Source: Lytechinus pictus (Eukaryota). From it: 64,000 bases of DNA. Below the pieces are notes generated by a model that was not told the DNA's origin, did no database searches, and saw only the letters and a list, made by a program, of their open reading frames with translations. The stretch is taken from positions 62,001-126,000 of the forward strand of contig NW_026974148.1 of assembly GCF_037042905.1 (NCBI RefSeq), read 5' to 3'. This document shows positions 13,601-27,100 of the stretch, in pieces (positions within the stretch are counted from its first letter, which is position 1; the number at the start of each line of letters is the position of its first letter). Made by a program: the position numbers and the translations under genes.

Positions 13601-14134
13601 AATTAAGTTTTATAATGGGGCATGTACACATTCAGGTCAAATTCAATCCAATGATACGTTCAATTTATTTATTATTTCAAGCAAAATAAACAAAAGTATT
13701 GCTCATTGTTTATACATAATTATATATTTAAAGCTCCATAACAAAATGCAGCATCATCCAGCATGGCAACTTTTGGCTTTCAATAGTATGACAATAAGTT
13801 CATTATTATTCTCTATCATATAACGACACAACGATGTAGGGTCGTTAAAAAATAGAGCAAAGGCATTAGGCAAGTAAAATATGTACGATAAAACACTGGT
13901 TGTTTAACACGTTCAATAAGTCACGTCAATGCACATTAAAACATGTCTATGGAGCATGCCATGTATGACAAACTAGTAAAGCTTAAGCAGACATGAATTT
14001 TATCAAGTGTGAACTGAATGCCCTACAAACAAGAAGATTTGCTCTAAATAAATTCTATAAGAGTAGCATAATTTGTAGGTATATTATGTGCATCCATCTG
14101 ACTGAAGCATGGACGAGTACTGTTCTGATATGTC

Positions 14135-16493
14135 CTAGCAGTCTGTAATTCCCTTCCTGGGAGACGAATGAAGACGTTTCAATGGTTTCTTGCGTTTTGA
14201 TTGTCCAGATTTGGGGTCTCCATGACTGTAAAATAGGGGACCTTTCAAATTGCAAATTGCAGCGACAACCTGAACTAACATTGAAGACATATCCTTGAGA
14301 GAGTGCGGTATTTGGTGTTTCAAAATACGAAATGTTTTGATACGTTGAATCGCTCGCTCAACATGGATACGTAGTCTTGCAATGAGTCTGGTCCTATTGA
14401 TTTCTTCGACGTTCAGACGTTTTCCCTTTCCTGAGGTCCATTTTCTGGTAAAGGGCGGTGCTACCAAGGTTGAACCGACGTGCAAGAGCAGGTCTTCAAT
14501 ATGAAATCCTCTGTCTGCCATAACCTGATCCCCTTCTTCTAGTTTTTCAAGTAAACCAGAGTTCTGTGTCAAAAATTTATCCGAGACATTTCCACCCCAA
14601 AAATCACTCACAAAAGTGAATGCTCCATTGGGATTAATACCCACAAGGCACTTATAGGTATTATGACTTTTGTATTGAGAGTATGTGCGATATTGCTCCT
14701 TCTTATTTGCTGGTCTATCAATGAAGAATTATGTGCAGTCTATAACAACTCGCGTTCTTGGAAAATACTTCTTGAATTCAAATGGCATCCTACTCCTCAC
14801 TTGTAGCTGAGATGGCCAAATAAGCAGAGCTGGAACTAGGGTCTGATGTAAGTATGCGATCCAAGTTATTGTTGTTTTGGTGACACAAGTAGCACTCACG
14901 CTGAAAAGGTCGGCAAGTAACAGGAGCGGCAGGTTTAGTCTGATGCGCATTAATGTCATGACAAATTCAAAGAAAGGATCCAGATGACGTTGTTGACCTG
15001 GTTTCTTGTAACCTTTCTTCTCGTACTGCTTTTCTTTCATGCTTTCTGGTCCAGTCCAGTATTTCATCTTTGAAACTCCATCACTGATGCTATCCCAGAC
15101 ACCTGGATAGTAGAATGAAGAAAATACAGGAAAAAATAGAAAAATTAAGATTATGGAAAAAATACAATTCATTCATATATATATTTGGCTTGAAAAGAGG
15201 TAATAGAAGTGAGCAGTCATAAATGACTTAAAGAGACAAAGAGAACATCAGCTAAGAAAAATAGTATCAAGCTGAGGAAAAAAGTTAGTAATCCCATATA
15301 CATTACTTAAATCACATGTGTGTTACAGTGTTTGGATAAGTTTTCGAATGAGCTTTTTAACATTATGATTTTTGAAAAGATATTTGAACGGTTTAATTTT
15401 TTTCTCCAATAATGAAAAATAAATATGACTCACCATTCAACAGGGTTCTTGATTCAAGCCCAGTATAAAAGTTGACCCGTTCATCACTGTCGAGAACGCA
15501 GTCAACAGTATCTTCTGCTCTGCTCTTGAATTTCCTTGTTGATGCTTTCACAAGAGAAGCAATATCCTCACATGTCATGTCTGTTTGAGTTTGTACTTCC
15601 TGCACCATCGGTTTCATTTCCGCTGAAGACAAATAGTCATGTTGATCAGAATGACGCAAGTTTTCGGGAAGAGCATCCATATCTGTGAAAAACAAAAAGA
15701 GAAAGAGAATCTGATTATTAAACAGATTATCATTGAAAAATAACAAGTAACATTCATAAAAAAAGGGACCTACAATGAGCTTATTTAAATAAAGCAGTTT
15801 ATCATCATTAGATCTGGCACCGCAGACAGTACAAAGTCAAAGTAAGGGCTAAGCCAAAAGGCTCCAGATCGATGGCAAAATTAGACATTTATATCGCCAG
15901 GCATGGGCTTGGAATTTAGAATTATACTTACGTCCAACATGGCCATGATGTCCAAGAAAAGACTTTGAAGGTTTGGCCTTCTTTGACCTTGTCCTTGACT
16001 CCACCTCAACTTCACTTCCAACAGTACCGATGACATTGTCGTCTGTAGTTAGTGCAGGGTGATGCAGGGTCCCAGAAAAGACCCGGCGAGAGCTGGCTGC
16101 TTTAACCGGCGAACTGGTGGGGTCGATATCAGAGTCGGTCTGTTGCCGCTTACGAGCTGAAACTTCCCTGGCGGTGTCCATCTTGTCAATCGCTGTGGTA
16201 GGACGTTCTTCTCCAGTGAGACCGAAATTGTTCCAAAAAAAGTATCTAGGATAGCCTTTAGCATGACCATCTGGAGTAATCTGGTCTCTATCAAAATGTC
16301 TCGAACAAAGTCGCGATTTTTTTGTCAGATTAACTTTGTCCTTGCGCCGAATCAACCGCAGCCATGTCGCTCGTGTGCTGGCATCGGTGGGAAATTTCAC
16401 CCAAGTTACGTCCTTCATCCATCCCCATTTGTCAGGGTTCTTGCGCTTCGAATCATGAGCCCAGCACTGTGCGGACTCACAAAAGAAGACCAT
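14135..16493 (-). pseudogene. ISL2EU transposase: THAP domain, HTH and Harbinger-type DDE domain. Exons 16493-15932, 15682-15434, 15102-14135; one in-frame TAA at 14731-14729.
   Basis: N-terminal C-x4-C..FP..W..RLCSRHF (THAP); IDCT*, YSQYKSHNT, VMADRGF and RIHVERAI motifs; two GT-AG phase-1 introns join the frames; ORFs ending at 14729 and 14135 share a frame. Confidence 0.9.
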
Positions 16494-17307
16494 CGTAACT
16501 GATAATCAACAGACGTAATAATACTAATAAACAATCAACGAAATATTCAAATAAACATTAAAATCTTTGCGACGGCAGGAGAGTGTAGCGAGTTCGAGCA
16601 GACGATATATGCATATGCATGACCAGCGACGACGGCGTGCGGCTTCCGAACAGGAAGTTGTTGTAACGAAAAGCTATCCCATAATGCAATGCGCGTTCCA
16701 GGGATTTTCCCCGGATCTCGGCGAAATCGCTATTTGGGGTAGCGAGAATTTCAATATGATCTTCTCTTGGTGTATATACATCATGATTTCATGTAGACGA
16801 TTGCTTTAGGGATGGAGTTTTATAGCCCTCGACATTATTGAAATAAAGAAGGTTCGAAAGCAAGGCAATAAGTCCCATATATAAATTCAACCCGAGCGAA
16901 AATCACGTTTTGCTCAATTCCATACATGAACAGTTGCTTCTTTGGTCAATGAACAGGGGTAATGGGTATCTCCGTACGTTCCTCCCAGGGACTCTCCCTG
17001 CTCCAACATTGCTCGGGTTGTGTGGTGTGTGTGTGTGTATGCAGATGGGAGGAGGGGATCCACGTATTCTGCATAGCCCGTGGCATGGTGTGTATCTCGC
17101 GAGGGAAGGCCTTTTCTGTTGCGTTGGAGTGGTATCTCCTTGGTTGGATGGTGAAGGCCCGACTCAAAACATGAATTGTCGCTAATTACACTCCATTGCT
17201 ACAAGTAGGCACATCGGTGTGATCATACGGGGGGGGGGGGGCAATGTTGGCACCGGCGGAAATTCTGGCCAAGTCAGCTATGTCTTTGGAACTGAAATGA
17301 CTATCTA

Positions 17308-17440
17308 GGGCCATGTAACACAAAACTTAGCAATGATCGTATAATATTTTTCTACGATTGATTCCAATGATTACGTACAATGTACAATAAATTGTGAAAA
17401 TCAAGCGTACGATCAATCGCTAACCTTTGTTATTGGACCC
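17308..17440. mobile_element. Palindromic MITE (related copy ~34122-34390)
   Basis: AACACAAAACTTAGCAATGATCGTA versus TACGATCAATCGCTAACCTTTGTT form imperfect inverted arms. Confidence 0.6.
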
Positions 17441-17477
17441 TGATCACTGGCGATTTATTCGTGTGCCCACTGCCCAG

Positions 17478-17648
17478 GGGACCTTTTCATGAAAGTTGAC
17501 AGCACTGACAAGTTGTCTTTCTCTGACAGTAACCATATAAAGTAACAGAGGCCAGACGTGCCTTTCAGTCCGATCAAAACTAAGGATTTCATTGAAATTG
17601 TCAGTACTGACAATTTAGTCAGTGCTGACAATTTTCATGAAACACCCA
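17478..17648. mobile_element. Palindromic MITE
   Basis: TTTCATGAAAGTTGACAGCACTGAC / GTCAGTGCTGACAATTTTCATGAAA inverted arms. Confidence 0.65.
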
Positions 17649-19280
17649 CCTGGGTGTGTGCAGCAACCCATTTCGGCTCAACTTCACCCCAAACTTTCAA
17701 AAAATTTCCTGTGCCCTGAAGATTTGCAAAAGTTAAGTGCTTTTTAGTGATTGCTATAAGTAATTACTACAAAGCACCGAACTTTGTTTTATTCCTTTCA
17801 AAATGGAAGGCTGTGAGATTTTTGTCGCAAATGGATACGTGGACCCCAGGGGCATGCATGGGCGGAAATCACAGGGAGGACGCGTCCCACCCAAACTAGT
17901 AGGGGGACCAATATCGATTGTCCCCCTACTATTGTTGGTCTTTTATGGTGGAAACAAATACATCATTCAGAATCTAAATAAAACATGCATTTATGGATGA
18001 AATGGCCTTACATTTGAGGTGATAACTTTCTTTTTTTGCTTGTCAAATTTATTTCGGTCGAAATGACCTTACATTTGAGATGATAACCTTTTTTTTTCCT
18101 TTTCTTGCTTGTCAAATGTTCAAGCCCCTGGTCCCCTTTGGAGAGAAATATTCACCCTTGCCCGGGGTGGACCCATTTTGGCGTCAGATTGGTCTCCCTT
18201 CCAGAATTATTTATTCAGTCCTTAGTTATCAATCTACCCCCTCACGGCAGCCTTTGGCATATGCGATCTTTGAAAATTTTGATGAAATTATTTTTCGATG
18301 GAGAGCCGACGAGGCGATGAATATGCATGTCACCAAGCTCAAGCTCGTTGTGCATGGTGGACCGGGCCTCAGCAGATCATCCGAAGATTTGCACTGGACG
18401 AAAACAATATCGTTTGTCCACCTGTTTGTCCAGTGCCATAGACGATAATGCAGTTTTAATTCACAAATATTCGACAAATATTTGACAAATGGCGTTGTGC
18501 ATGTGATAGCGAAAACTTCCAATTTTGTGAAAGACCGCTCCAGCTGGTAATACATACGTATAAAAGAGTTTTTGCAATTACCCCCTCTTCATGCAGCAGT
18601 GAGCCCTCTTAGATCACTTTGTTATTTGCACTATCTACCCCATTTAGACCCAGTTTGTCGCCATCAAATCATTAACTCCGTCACACAACAGCACCAACAA
18701 GTCAACAACATATAGTAGTAAGGAATAATGATAGCAATAATAATGATAATAAAGGGGAAAATGAAAATAACATACGCATTGTTCGTTAATGATTCATCTA
18801 TCCATTAGTATAGGCCTTTCTCATGGACTGCCATCGACATCATTATCATTACTTTCATTGGAAAACCATAGCACTATTCCGGATATGTTCATATGCGAAC
18901 AGTAACCAGCATGAGAGTATTTTAGCAAGCTATCATATTGAGGGATGGGGAGGGGGGTGGGGGTATATAGCAACTATCAATAAGCACCACCCCCTCCAAA
19001 TCTGCACAAAATATAGGAGAGTATGAAATCAGACATAAAAAAAAACAATGGGAAAGCAAGCATGGATGATATTTGCATACATTTTATCTAATTTGACCGT
19101 ACATGTAGGCCTATATCATTCTGTGTTGATATGGTTAAATAAAAAAAGAATAAATACAAGGAAAACCAGTCTGATCGTATGTAGGCCTATATATAGTCAG
19201 TGCCATGAGCCCCTCCCCCTGAAAGAATGGCCAATTACATTATTTTTTTTTCTCGACATGAATTTGTTTTTCTAATGCAG

Positions 19281-21768
19281 GGTTCATCTGAAGGCTCTGA
19301 CTCTGAACTGGATGCTACAACACCTAAGAAGGCCAGACTAGAGGGACATGGGGATAAACTGGATCCATCAGAGCCAGTCACCACAATATCTGAACTCGAA
19401 CCAGAAGGAAATATCGGGAAATCTTCAAGGACAAGAAGGGGGCGAGGCAGAGGAAGAGGAAAGGGAAGGGGCAGGGGCAGAGGTAGAGGAAAGGCTAGGG
19501 GAACTGAGGCCAGTTCTAGTCACCAGGCTGTACTTCAAGAGAGCACTTTGGCTAGTAGTAGTACCGGCCGTCGTGGACGCCGAAGAGGCCAACGCATTCA
19601 AAGCAGACACAGTGAGACTGATGAGGACCAGGCGGGTCCTTCAGCACCTTTAACAGCGACCACCACACCAACCACCACAATAACAACATCCGTTCGACGT
19701 AAGGGAACCAGGAAAACAAAAAGTGCAGGTGGAAGGAATATAGGCCCACAAAATCTACGGAGTATCGAATCGGATGCAGACCGAATCAACAACTTACGGG
19801 AAAAACGGAAACAGAAAATGCAGGTATAAATAACAATTTTTTTTATACATAAACCTGGATGAATCTTTGCTTCCTTTCTTTCCAAGTTCGCCCAATGAAA
19901 CACTACATAGTCCTGTAACAGGAACTTGATTTCATCTTTTTTCCCAATAAATAGGCCTAGAGGCCTACATTAGGCAAGCTAGGCCACCTTTTCTGGAGGG
20001 GGGAATGATTTTGGATGCAGTATGTGTATAAGACTTGGAGCAAGGCAATCAGGCATTAAAAAAGTTGAAATAAAGAAGTTTATAACTGAATGAATTGAAA
20101 GAAATACAGTTGTGAGATATATTTCAATGAACCCAAGAATTCACCCCGAAAAACCCTAAACATTGTGTCACTCAGCCTGGTGTCACTGTTAGTTTGGAGA
20201 AGCTATTCAAGTGTTGTTCGTATCAATCAGCCTTCACATGTCTTCTCACTTACAGGATGACATTTCGAAAATGACCAGGCAGGAGATAGAGAACCTACTC
20301 TTCAAAGCAATAGAGCGAAGGCCAGGGATGGTCTTCGACGTTATGTACGCGTCCGGAGGTGATGGCTCTGCACCAAGTGGTTCACCTCCGAGTCCATGTG
20401 GCGAACCTGGACTTCATTGGTGCCGATGTGGAAACTGCCGCGACATGCCAACAGATGCTGAAAAGCTTTGCTGTGGCAAATCCCCCGAGGAATGCGTCAG
20501 AGAACATGCGGTAAGTCAGTAGTATAAGTAGTGTAAATCACAATTTAGGGGTGATTTGGAATGTAGAATTCAAATTCCTTTAGATGTATCAAATCAGTCT
20601 CAAATTCCCATACGTGAGACTGGACGATGTTCCAGTGTCCTGGGAACGACGCTAGACTGGGGTGCTGATGAACATTTGTCATGCCAAAAACGGAAAAAAG
20701 TTTTCACTACAAAATGAAGGTCATTTTGGTCCCGAGGAACAAAGTTTACAAGAAAAAGTTTCACTACAAAATGGAGGTTATTTGGATTCTGAGGAAAAAA
20801 GTTTCCTCATGACCCACAGTTTAGCACATTTTACTGTAAGTGCTACAGAACTTGGATTACAGATGCACTTGTGGTACTCTCCAATTGTGTATCTTCAGAA
20901 GTTGCATGGTCATGTCAAGTGATAGAACTCAGTTATGGAAAATGTATCAACAGGTCTATCTCTTATTTCAACTTTGGTTAGGCCTGCTTCAGACAAAGAA
21001 AAAAAAAAGAATATTAATTGGTGTTTTTATTGGTCGCACAAATGGTTCAAACAGATTTATCGACAAATTTTCAAATTTATAACTCTTCGAACATAAGACT
21101 TCTTTTACCTTTACAGGGGCCCAGACTGAGGCTTTAGGCAACCCACTTGTCACATGTAACTGTGTAAAAATTACCATTTGCTTGTGTCCTTTGCATGGTC
21201 TGCCCCCTCCCCACTTTCTGCTCAGCCCCCCTCAAAAAAAAATTCAAACCATTTCGCAGTCTGTCTTTAAATGGGCCTATGACCATTACTCAATTTGAGA
21301 TACCTTGTGTAAATATTATATTTCAATTTTTTTATTTTTGAAGAGAAGATTGCTAATGTAATGTAGCCAAAACTTTGTGAAGGGCCTTCCAAGAATTTGA
21401 AAAGAAGATCTCATCACCACACCATTGCATGTAGTTGGTTGAACTTATTTTTGCATTATTAGTCCCTTTTTCATTTTTGTCCTTGTCGTTTTCAGGTATT
21501 CCAAATGATAACAGATGAAGTGTGCTTGCTTCTACAAAGGGCTATATGGGTTGATGCCTACAACCTTGAGGGTGAATCACAGGAGCCAGGAGAAGACAAC
21601 AAGTGTATGAGACATGCCGCATATCGAAGCTTTATTTTCTGGCAACATGGTAAATTAGGCCAGAGCAACAGAAGGGTAATTCCCAGTTGCTGTGTATTAG
21701 GAATTCGTCGCATGTACCCAAGCATAAATGGACACTACACTGGTTATATTCCTGGAAGTTTCGTTTAA
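19281..21768 (+). CDS. KolX-type accessory protein with a P2X7 cytoplasmic-ballast/nanor-like Cys-rich domain. Exons 19281-19823, 20256-20510, 21496-21768; first exon not resolved.
   Basis: WCRCGNCRDMPTDAEKLCC and RHAAYRSFIFWQHGKLGQSNRRVIPSCCVLGIRRMYP...YTGY; phase-0 GT-AG introns; basic RGRG-rich N-terminal part. Confidence 0.82.
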
Positions 21769-23999
21769 TCATGTCATGCCTTCCACATACCAGAAAACAA
21801 GGCTATTATCACGAACAAGAGAATTGACACTTTTCATACTCAGTTGTACCTGTATTTTTCATATGTTGCCTTTTATAAAAAAAAGATGTTCCTCACTGTA
21901 GGATTCCCTTGACAGAAGACCAAAACAATTATTGGATTCATCATTTTTCAATCTCCCTGCTTTTAAATTTCTATCCCACCCCCATCCTCTCTCTCTCTCT
22001 CTCAAACAAAATCAAATTTTTAGTGATTTTATGACTGAAAGAAATGAAACATGACAACTCTGATGGTTTTTTTTCCTGAGAAATCTTCATGGGTTTAATG
22101 TTGTTTTCTTCTTATATCAGTGTACATTTTTCACTGTTTCATCTATTTACAATCAACATTGAATAACAGTTACATGTACTTCCCAAAATAATGAAGATCA
22201 AAACAGATGCCAGGTGCCATATCAAACTTAGCATCTGGTCTAAATAAATAAGGCATAACAACTACGGCATAACACTGTATGCAATTGTATTATGGGAAAC
22301 CAAGAAGAAGGTACATGCAATGGTTCTAGTTTTCTGAGCACAGGGGAAGAATATTTGCTATATACATTGTACCATTTGGAATTGTTTGTATTCCAATCCC
22401 ATTGTAACTCATTCTCCCAACCTCCACTAGAGTGTATCAATGTATATACTTTAACGTTTTAATTGCAAGTGTCGATTACTAGCAGAAACAATGAATTGAG
22501 AAATAATAGGATCATACTTCACTTATAACAGTTGCACACAAATATTACAGTATGACCTCCAGTATAACAAATATTTATTGTGTTAACAATGGGATTACAA
22601 ATTGATGAACCATTGATGAGCATGCCATACAAAAGCAAAAACAATTATCAATGCATTATCTTGTGGTACTCTTGTAGTAAAGGACATTAATATTTCGAGC
22701 AGTTAAATGTGATGAATGTTGCTTTCGAAACAGTAGTAAGAAAAATATCAAATGTATTTACATATGTACATGTATGAAGGCAACTGCACTTTAAAATAAA
22801 TGTGTTCAGTGGGAATGACGTGTCAAATGGAATATTTATTTTAGAGATTACATGGGGTCCTCATCACCCCCCCCCAAAAAAAAAAAAAAAAAAAAAAAAG
22901 AGTAAATTGGAATCCATGGCCAATCCCTCATGATGTAAATCACTGCATGCTCATGCAAAAACTGGTAACATGACGTTTGCTCTGATGGAACATCAACACA
23001 TCATGCCCCCAAAAATATTATGCAACCTCCAAAATTAAATAAATCTAGGTCCCCTTCATTACATTATTCTGAACAATAAAAGGCTAATACAATCATGACT
23101 TTAATCCCATACCCTCTTTAATAGATATTAAGACGGGATCAAATGTTGCAGGAACAAATGTTGTTTAACTCCTGAACTAGTTGGTTGGATACTATGTTGC
23201 CTTCAACAAGAATATACAATTTACATGACCACAAAAGAAAATGAAACATGATAAATGATGAAAAAAAAATCATTATTCACATGTATATCACTCTTGTTTT
23301 GCTTAGATTTGTTCTTTTCCATACAAGTACACACAATAATTCATATCCACTTTGAAACAAGTAAATAAATTTAATGTTTACATTTTGTTTGACCTAAAAA
23401 CTGACATAGACTATTTTGGAAATCTATACTTAGATTAATTTGGTTCAGAAAAATCATACCAGTATGAACTGATTTGATGTCTGAGACATGGCTGTTTCAT
23501 TTGACTTGCATTGCATGTACTGCACCAGCCAAACCATGCCCCAGAGCACAGTTGTGTTACGGTCCCCTTTAGTTTCTTGATACAAGCACCCTTCCCATAG
23601 CAGTCCATATATCTATACCATAACATGACAGAACCTGAATGACTACCAAATATTTGTATGTGTGAATGATAGATTATAATGAAAAACAAGTATTACTTGC
23701 GTTTCTCAAATATGTGTTAATAATTCTCAAATTTTTGCTTCCATTGGTGTATAACGCATCACTGCCTTGGAATGCATGGCACTGCATATTCACTACTGGA
23801 ATTACATGTTGAATATGCATACGTTGAAAGTCAACCTGAGTTTCGCCCACAGTTACAGCACTAACATCCCATGTCTTCAATTTTTTTTCATAAGATAAAC
23901 TTGGGTAATTGCTGCAAGAAATGATTTCTGCGCAAGTCTTTAACATTACAGTTAGTATTCACCACATCATCACAGATCTGGATTACGTAAACACTACTG

Positions 24000-24194
24000 T
24001 AGAATCATGAAATGATTTGCCTGCGCCACAATGAGGCTGCGATGAATGCAAGGAATGCTCCCCAGGGAGTGGAAATTGTGCACTTTTCGTGCGAATTGAA
24101 AAGAATCCAATGACCGGGGTAATAATATGCTTAAACGCGCTTTGAGCCATTCTGGGAAAAGCGCTTTATAAAAATTGGCTGTTATTATTATTAT
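24000..24194 (+). mobile_element. 3' fragment of a SINE with an L2-like tail
   Basis: ATGCTCCCCAGGGAG...CGCGCTTTGAG...AAAGCGCTTTATAAAA followed by (TTA)n. Confidence 0.6.
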
Positions 24195-27100
24195 GAAATC
24201 CAAGCTGAAAAGCCAGCACACTAATAATCACATTCCTGACGGGCAGATCGTAACTTTTCTACATGAAACATTGGCTGCATATTTTTACAATTTACATACC
24301 ATACAAACACATAGTCGTTCTAACGGATTCTGCTCAAATTAATTATGAGATCGTAAAAGAATAGCTTTCTAGAAAAATCATCTCACAATTATATCTATGA
24401 AGTAATCAAGTCTGTAGTACGAAAAAAAAAATGTCCTTAAACATGAAAAACCCATAGAATAGACTGACAAATTCTTAAGCTATTAATATTAACTATCTCA
24501 AACAATGAAAATCATTAAAAAATCAATCTACAAGTTTTACCATATATTCAACATCACCTCCTGGCCATCTGGGCAGTATATCTGAAAAAAAAGGCATGGT
24601 GCAGTTTACCCAAATCATCTAGCCTTTACTGTAATTGAGTTTTGGAAGCACTAATGAATACCTCTAATTATCATCTAAACGGCCTTGCCTCCTGCTCAAT
24701 ATCTCGTCGACGGAAGGTGGTGGGAAAGGAGCGAGATGTGGTCTGATTGCACGAGGATCTCCTGGCATAAGTTCCGTCTTTGCAAAGAGTGGTGTCTCAT
24801 CTCCTTCTCTCCTTGTCATGATGTCCTTCACAAGAGCTGGTATGTAGTCGTAGGTCTTGGGAACCATCACAGGTCGTGCCACATAGTTCTTAGCATGTTT
24901 TGACCATACTGCGACATGTCTGAAAGTAATAAAAAGAAATACAGTCACATAAAAATAAAAACATCACTGAAGGTGTTTATTACCTCCCAATGCCATGGTC
25001 ATGAATTTTCTAACAATCATTCCAATCATGCAAATGCATCCTCAGTGGGTTATCCAAGATTTTTGGCCATTATGTGGTTACCAAGTCAACACAATTTCTG
25101 ACAAATTTGAAAAATGTGTCTTGCACAGCTTCAGTGCAATATCTAAATGAAGTAGTACAATCCGAATGTTAAAATATCAACTGTGATATATCGTTACCAT
25201 AGAAATGCATTTTCCAAATAATATGCCCGCCTGTAACGCGGAAAATGGAGTTATTTGTCAAACAAGAAAAGTAGAAGGTGGTGACTTGACCTTTGAACCT
25301 CACAATCAATAATTTCCTGGGATAAACTTTTTCTTTTGCATTTTACTATATGGAATTAGGTTTATTAAAAAATTTTCCTTTAAGAAATACCAAAAAAAAT
25401 TAGATTGACAACTGATTTAGTACAATAGACATCCTTTCTAACTTCTTCTTCACTATAAGTGTGACAAGTCATTTAGACGTGTATGAAAACTGAAACTAGT
25501 ATGATTTCACGTAATAACATAAGAAAAACGAAACTGGCTAAGCGACATCATCAGCCCTCCCCGTGGATATTATTGACGACGTGCCTTTAACTGCTTTCAC
25601 AATATTTTGCTTAAATAGAAAATTCAACAACTTTGTGCTATTTTTCATCAGATTTTGATGAAATTTTCTGCATTTTGCTGTCTGAAATTTTGCTCTATTT
25701 ATTCAAATGTAACTATTTTCAGCCCAGAGTATCTCTTTAAGAATTATATTCCAATTTTATTGACATGCTAGAGGGACATACTTTTGCTTGCCTTGACCAT
25801 CAGTTTGAACAGGTCTATCTTTGTGAGCCATGTAGTCAATGACTGCCAACAAGTTCCTAGCTCTGTAAGCCTGGTACCTACAAAGAAATTGAAATATCAT
25901 AACAGTTAAATAGGTTTAAACAGAAATTACTAAAAAAGCAAAAAAAATTGGAATGTGCAATTCTTAAAAACATCCATTTGGGTGAACTTTAAAGCTCTAT
26001 AGAAAAGAATCAAGCACATGGACCCATGCTATTTTGTGGGGCATAATTGGAATATTTAGGTGCTAAAGTATCTATGATAAAAAAAGACATTTACATTTTA
26101 CTTAAACTGTGGAACATCCGTAAACTGCTTATTTCCAATTTTGCCGAGATGAAAGGCTATTTCTAATTTGGCGAAGATGACAGTTTCAAATAACAGTGAT
26201 ATTATATGTTAAAGATACCTACAGGCAGAATGGAATAGTTATTGATACTTCTGAAGATTTCAATCCACTAATTTATGTACTTCATGAAGAAAAAAGTATT
26301 GCCGTTAAAAAAAAGTCCAAACTAAATACAAAATAACATGTAGATATTACACTAAAATTTTACAAATAATGAAAACATACGTAAACATTTTAATACTGAG
26401 AAGACTTCTCATTCACATTTGATTAAAAATCCAGTTAAGAGTCTCTTTCTTTTTTTAATAACATGCCTGTTTGCATAGTGTACTGATTTTCATAACATAT
26501 CTCATTATATCACCGAAAACATCCATACATGCATGTTATACATACCCAAATGAATACCGCTTTGATGCATACATCAGAATGTGGTTGTGAAGGGATTCCA
26601 AAGTACCTGTATGCCTGTTTTTAGCAACAACAAAAAAGACAAACAATTAGTGATGCTGTCACAACAACAGAAGGGGATATCTTGATTTGGATAGAGCCTA
26701 ATCAGTATTAGGGGCTTGCTGGTTTATTTATTTTCCACTTCTTTGCTTGCAAAAATTTAGTGCACTTTTCAGCCGTGCATATCCCCATGTTTGGTCAAGT
26801 TACGGTCTAAAATAAAAATAAAATATTTCAATAAATTAAAATCATATCTAGTTTGGTTAAATAAAAGTGTTTGCTGCATAAACCTATTACAACCAATCAG
26901 CACAGATAACAGAGATGAGAATATGGGCTAAAGTTTTGTGAATGAAAACATTACTTAGAATTACCTGAAGTTGGAGAAGTAGTGGAAGTTGTTAATGAAC
27001 TTCCTTTCATAGGCAACCTCCACCAGTGCCTGATGTGCCTTGTATCCAGGCTTTAGCCACTCCTCCCTTTCCGGGTTCTCAAGGGGCCCATGGTCACATG

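Larger units (their letters stand above)
9560..16750. mobile_element. ISL2EU-type DNA transposon (PIF/Harbinger group), ~7.2 kb, two convergent genes
   Basis: Perfect 21-bp inverted repeat AATTCTCGCTACCCCAAATAG (9560-9580) / CTATTTGGGGTAGCGAGAATT (16730-16750); the outer AT may be the TSD. THAP-DDE transposase plus YqaJ nuclease is the known ISL2EU gene pair. Confidence 0.88.

Noticed and set aside
12955-13823. Several 85-119 aa F/L/S/P-rich ORFs
   Set aside because: Products of a pyrimidine low-complexity tract
18448-18546. First coding exon of KolX-1 ending at CTG/GTAATA
   Set aside because: The donor phase fits, but no ATG reaches it without a stop or frameshift; left unresolved
20256-21768. 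Host P2RX7 receptor gene (also 59709-60657)
   Set aside because: Only the cytoplasmic Cys-rich domain is present, with no transmembrane or ectodomain exons, and both copies sit inside Kolobok elements
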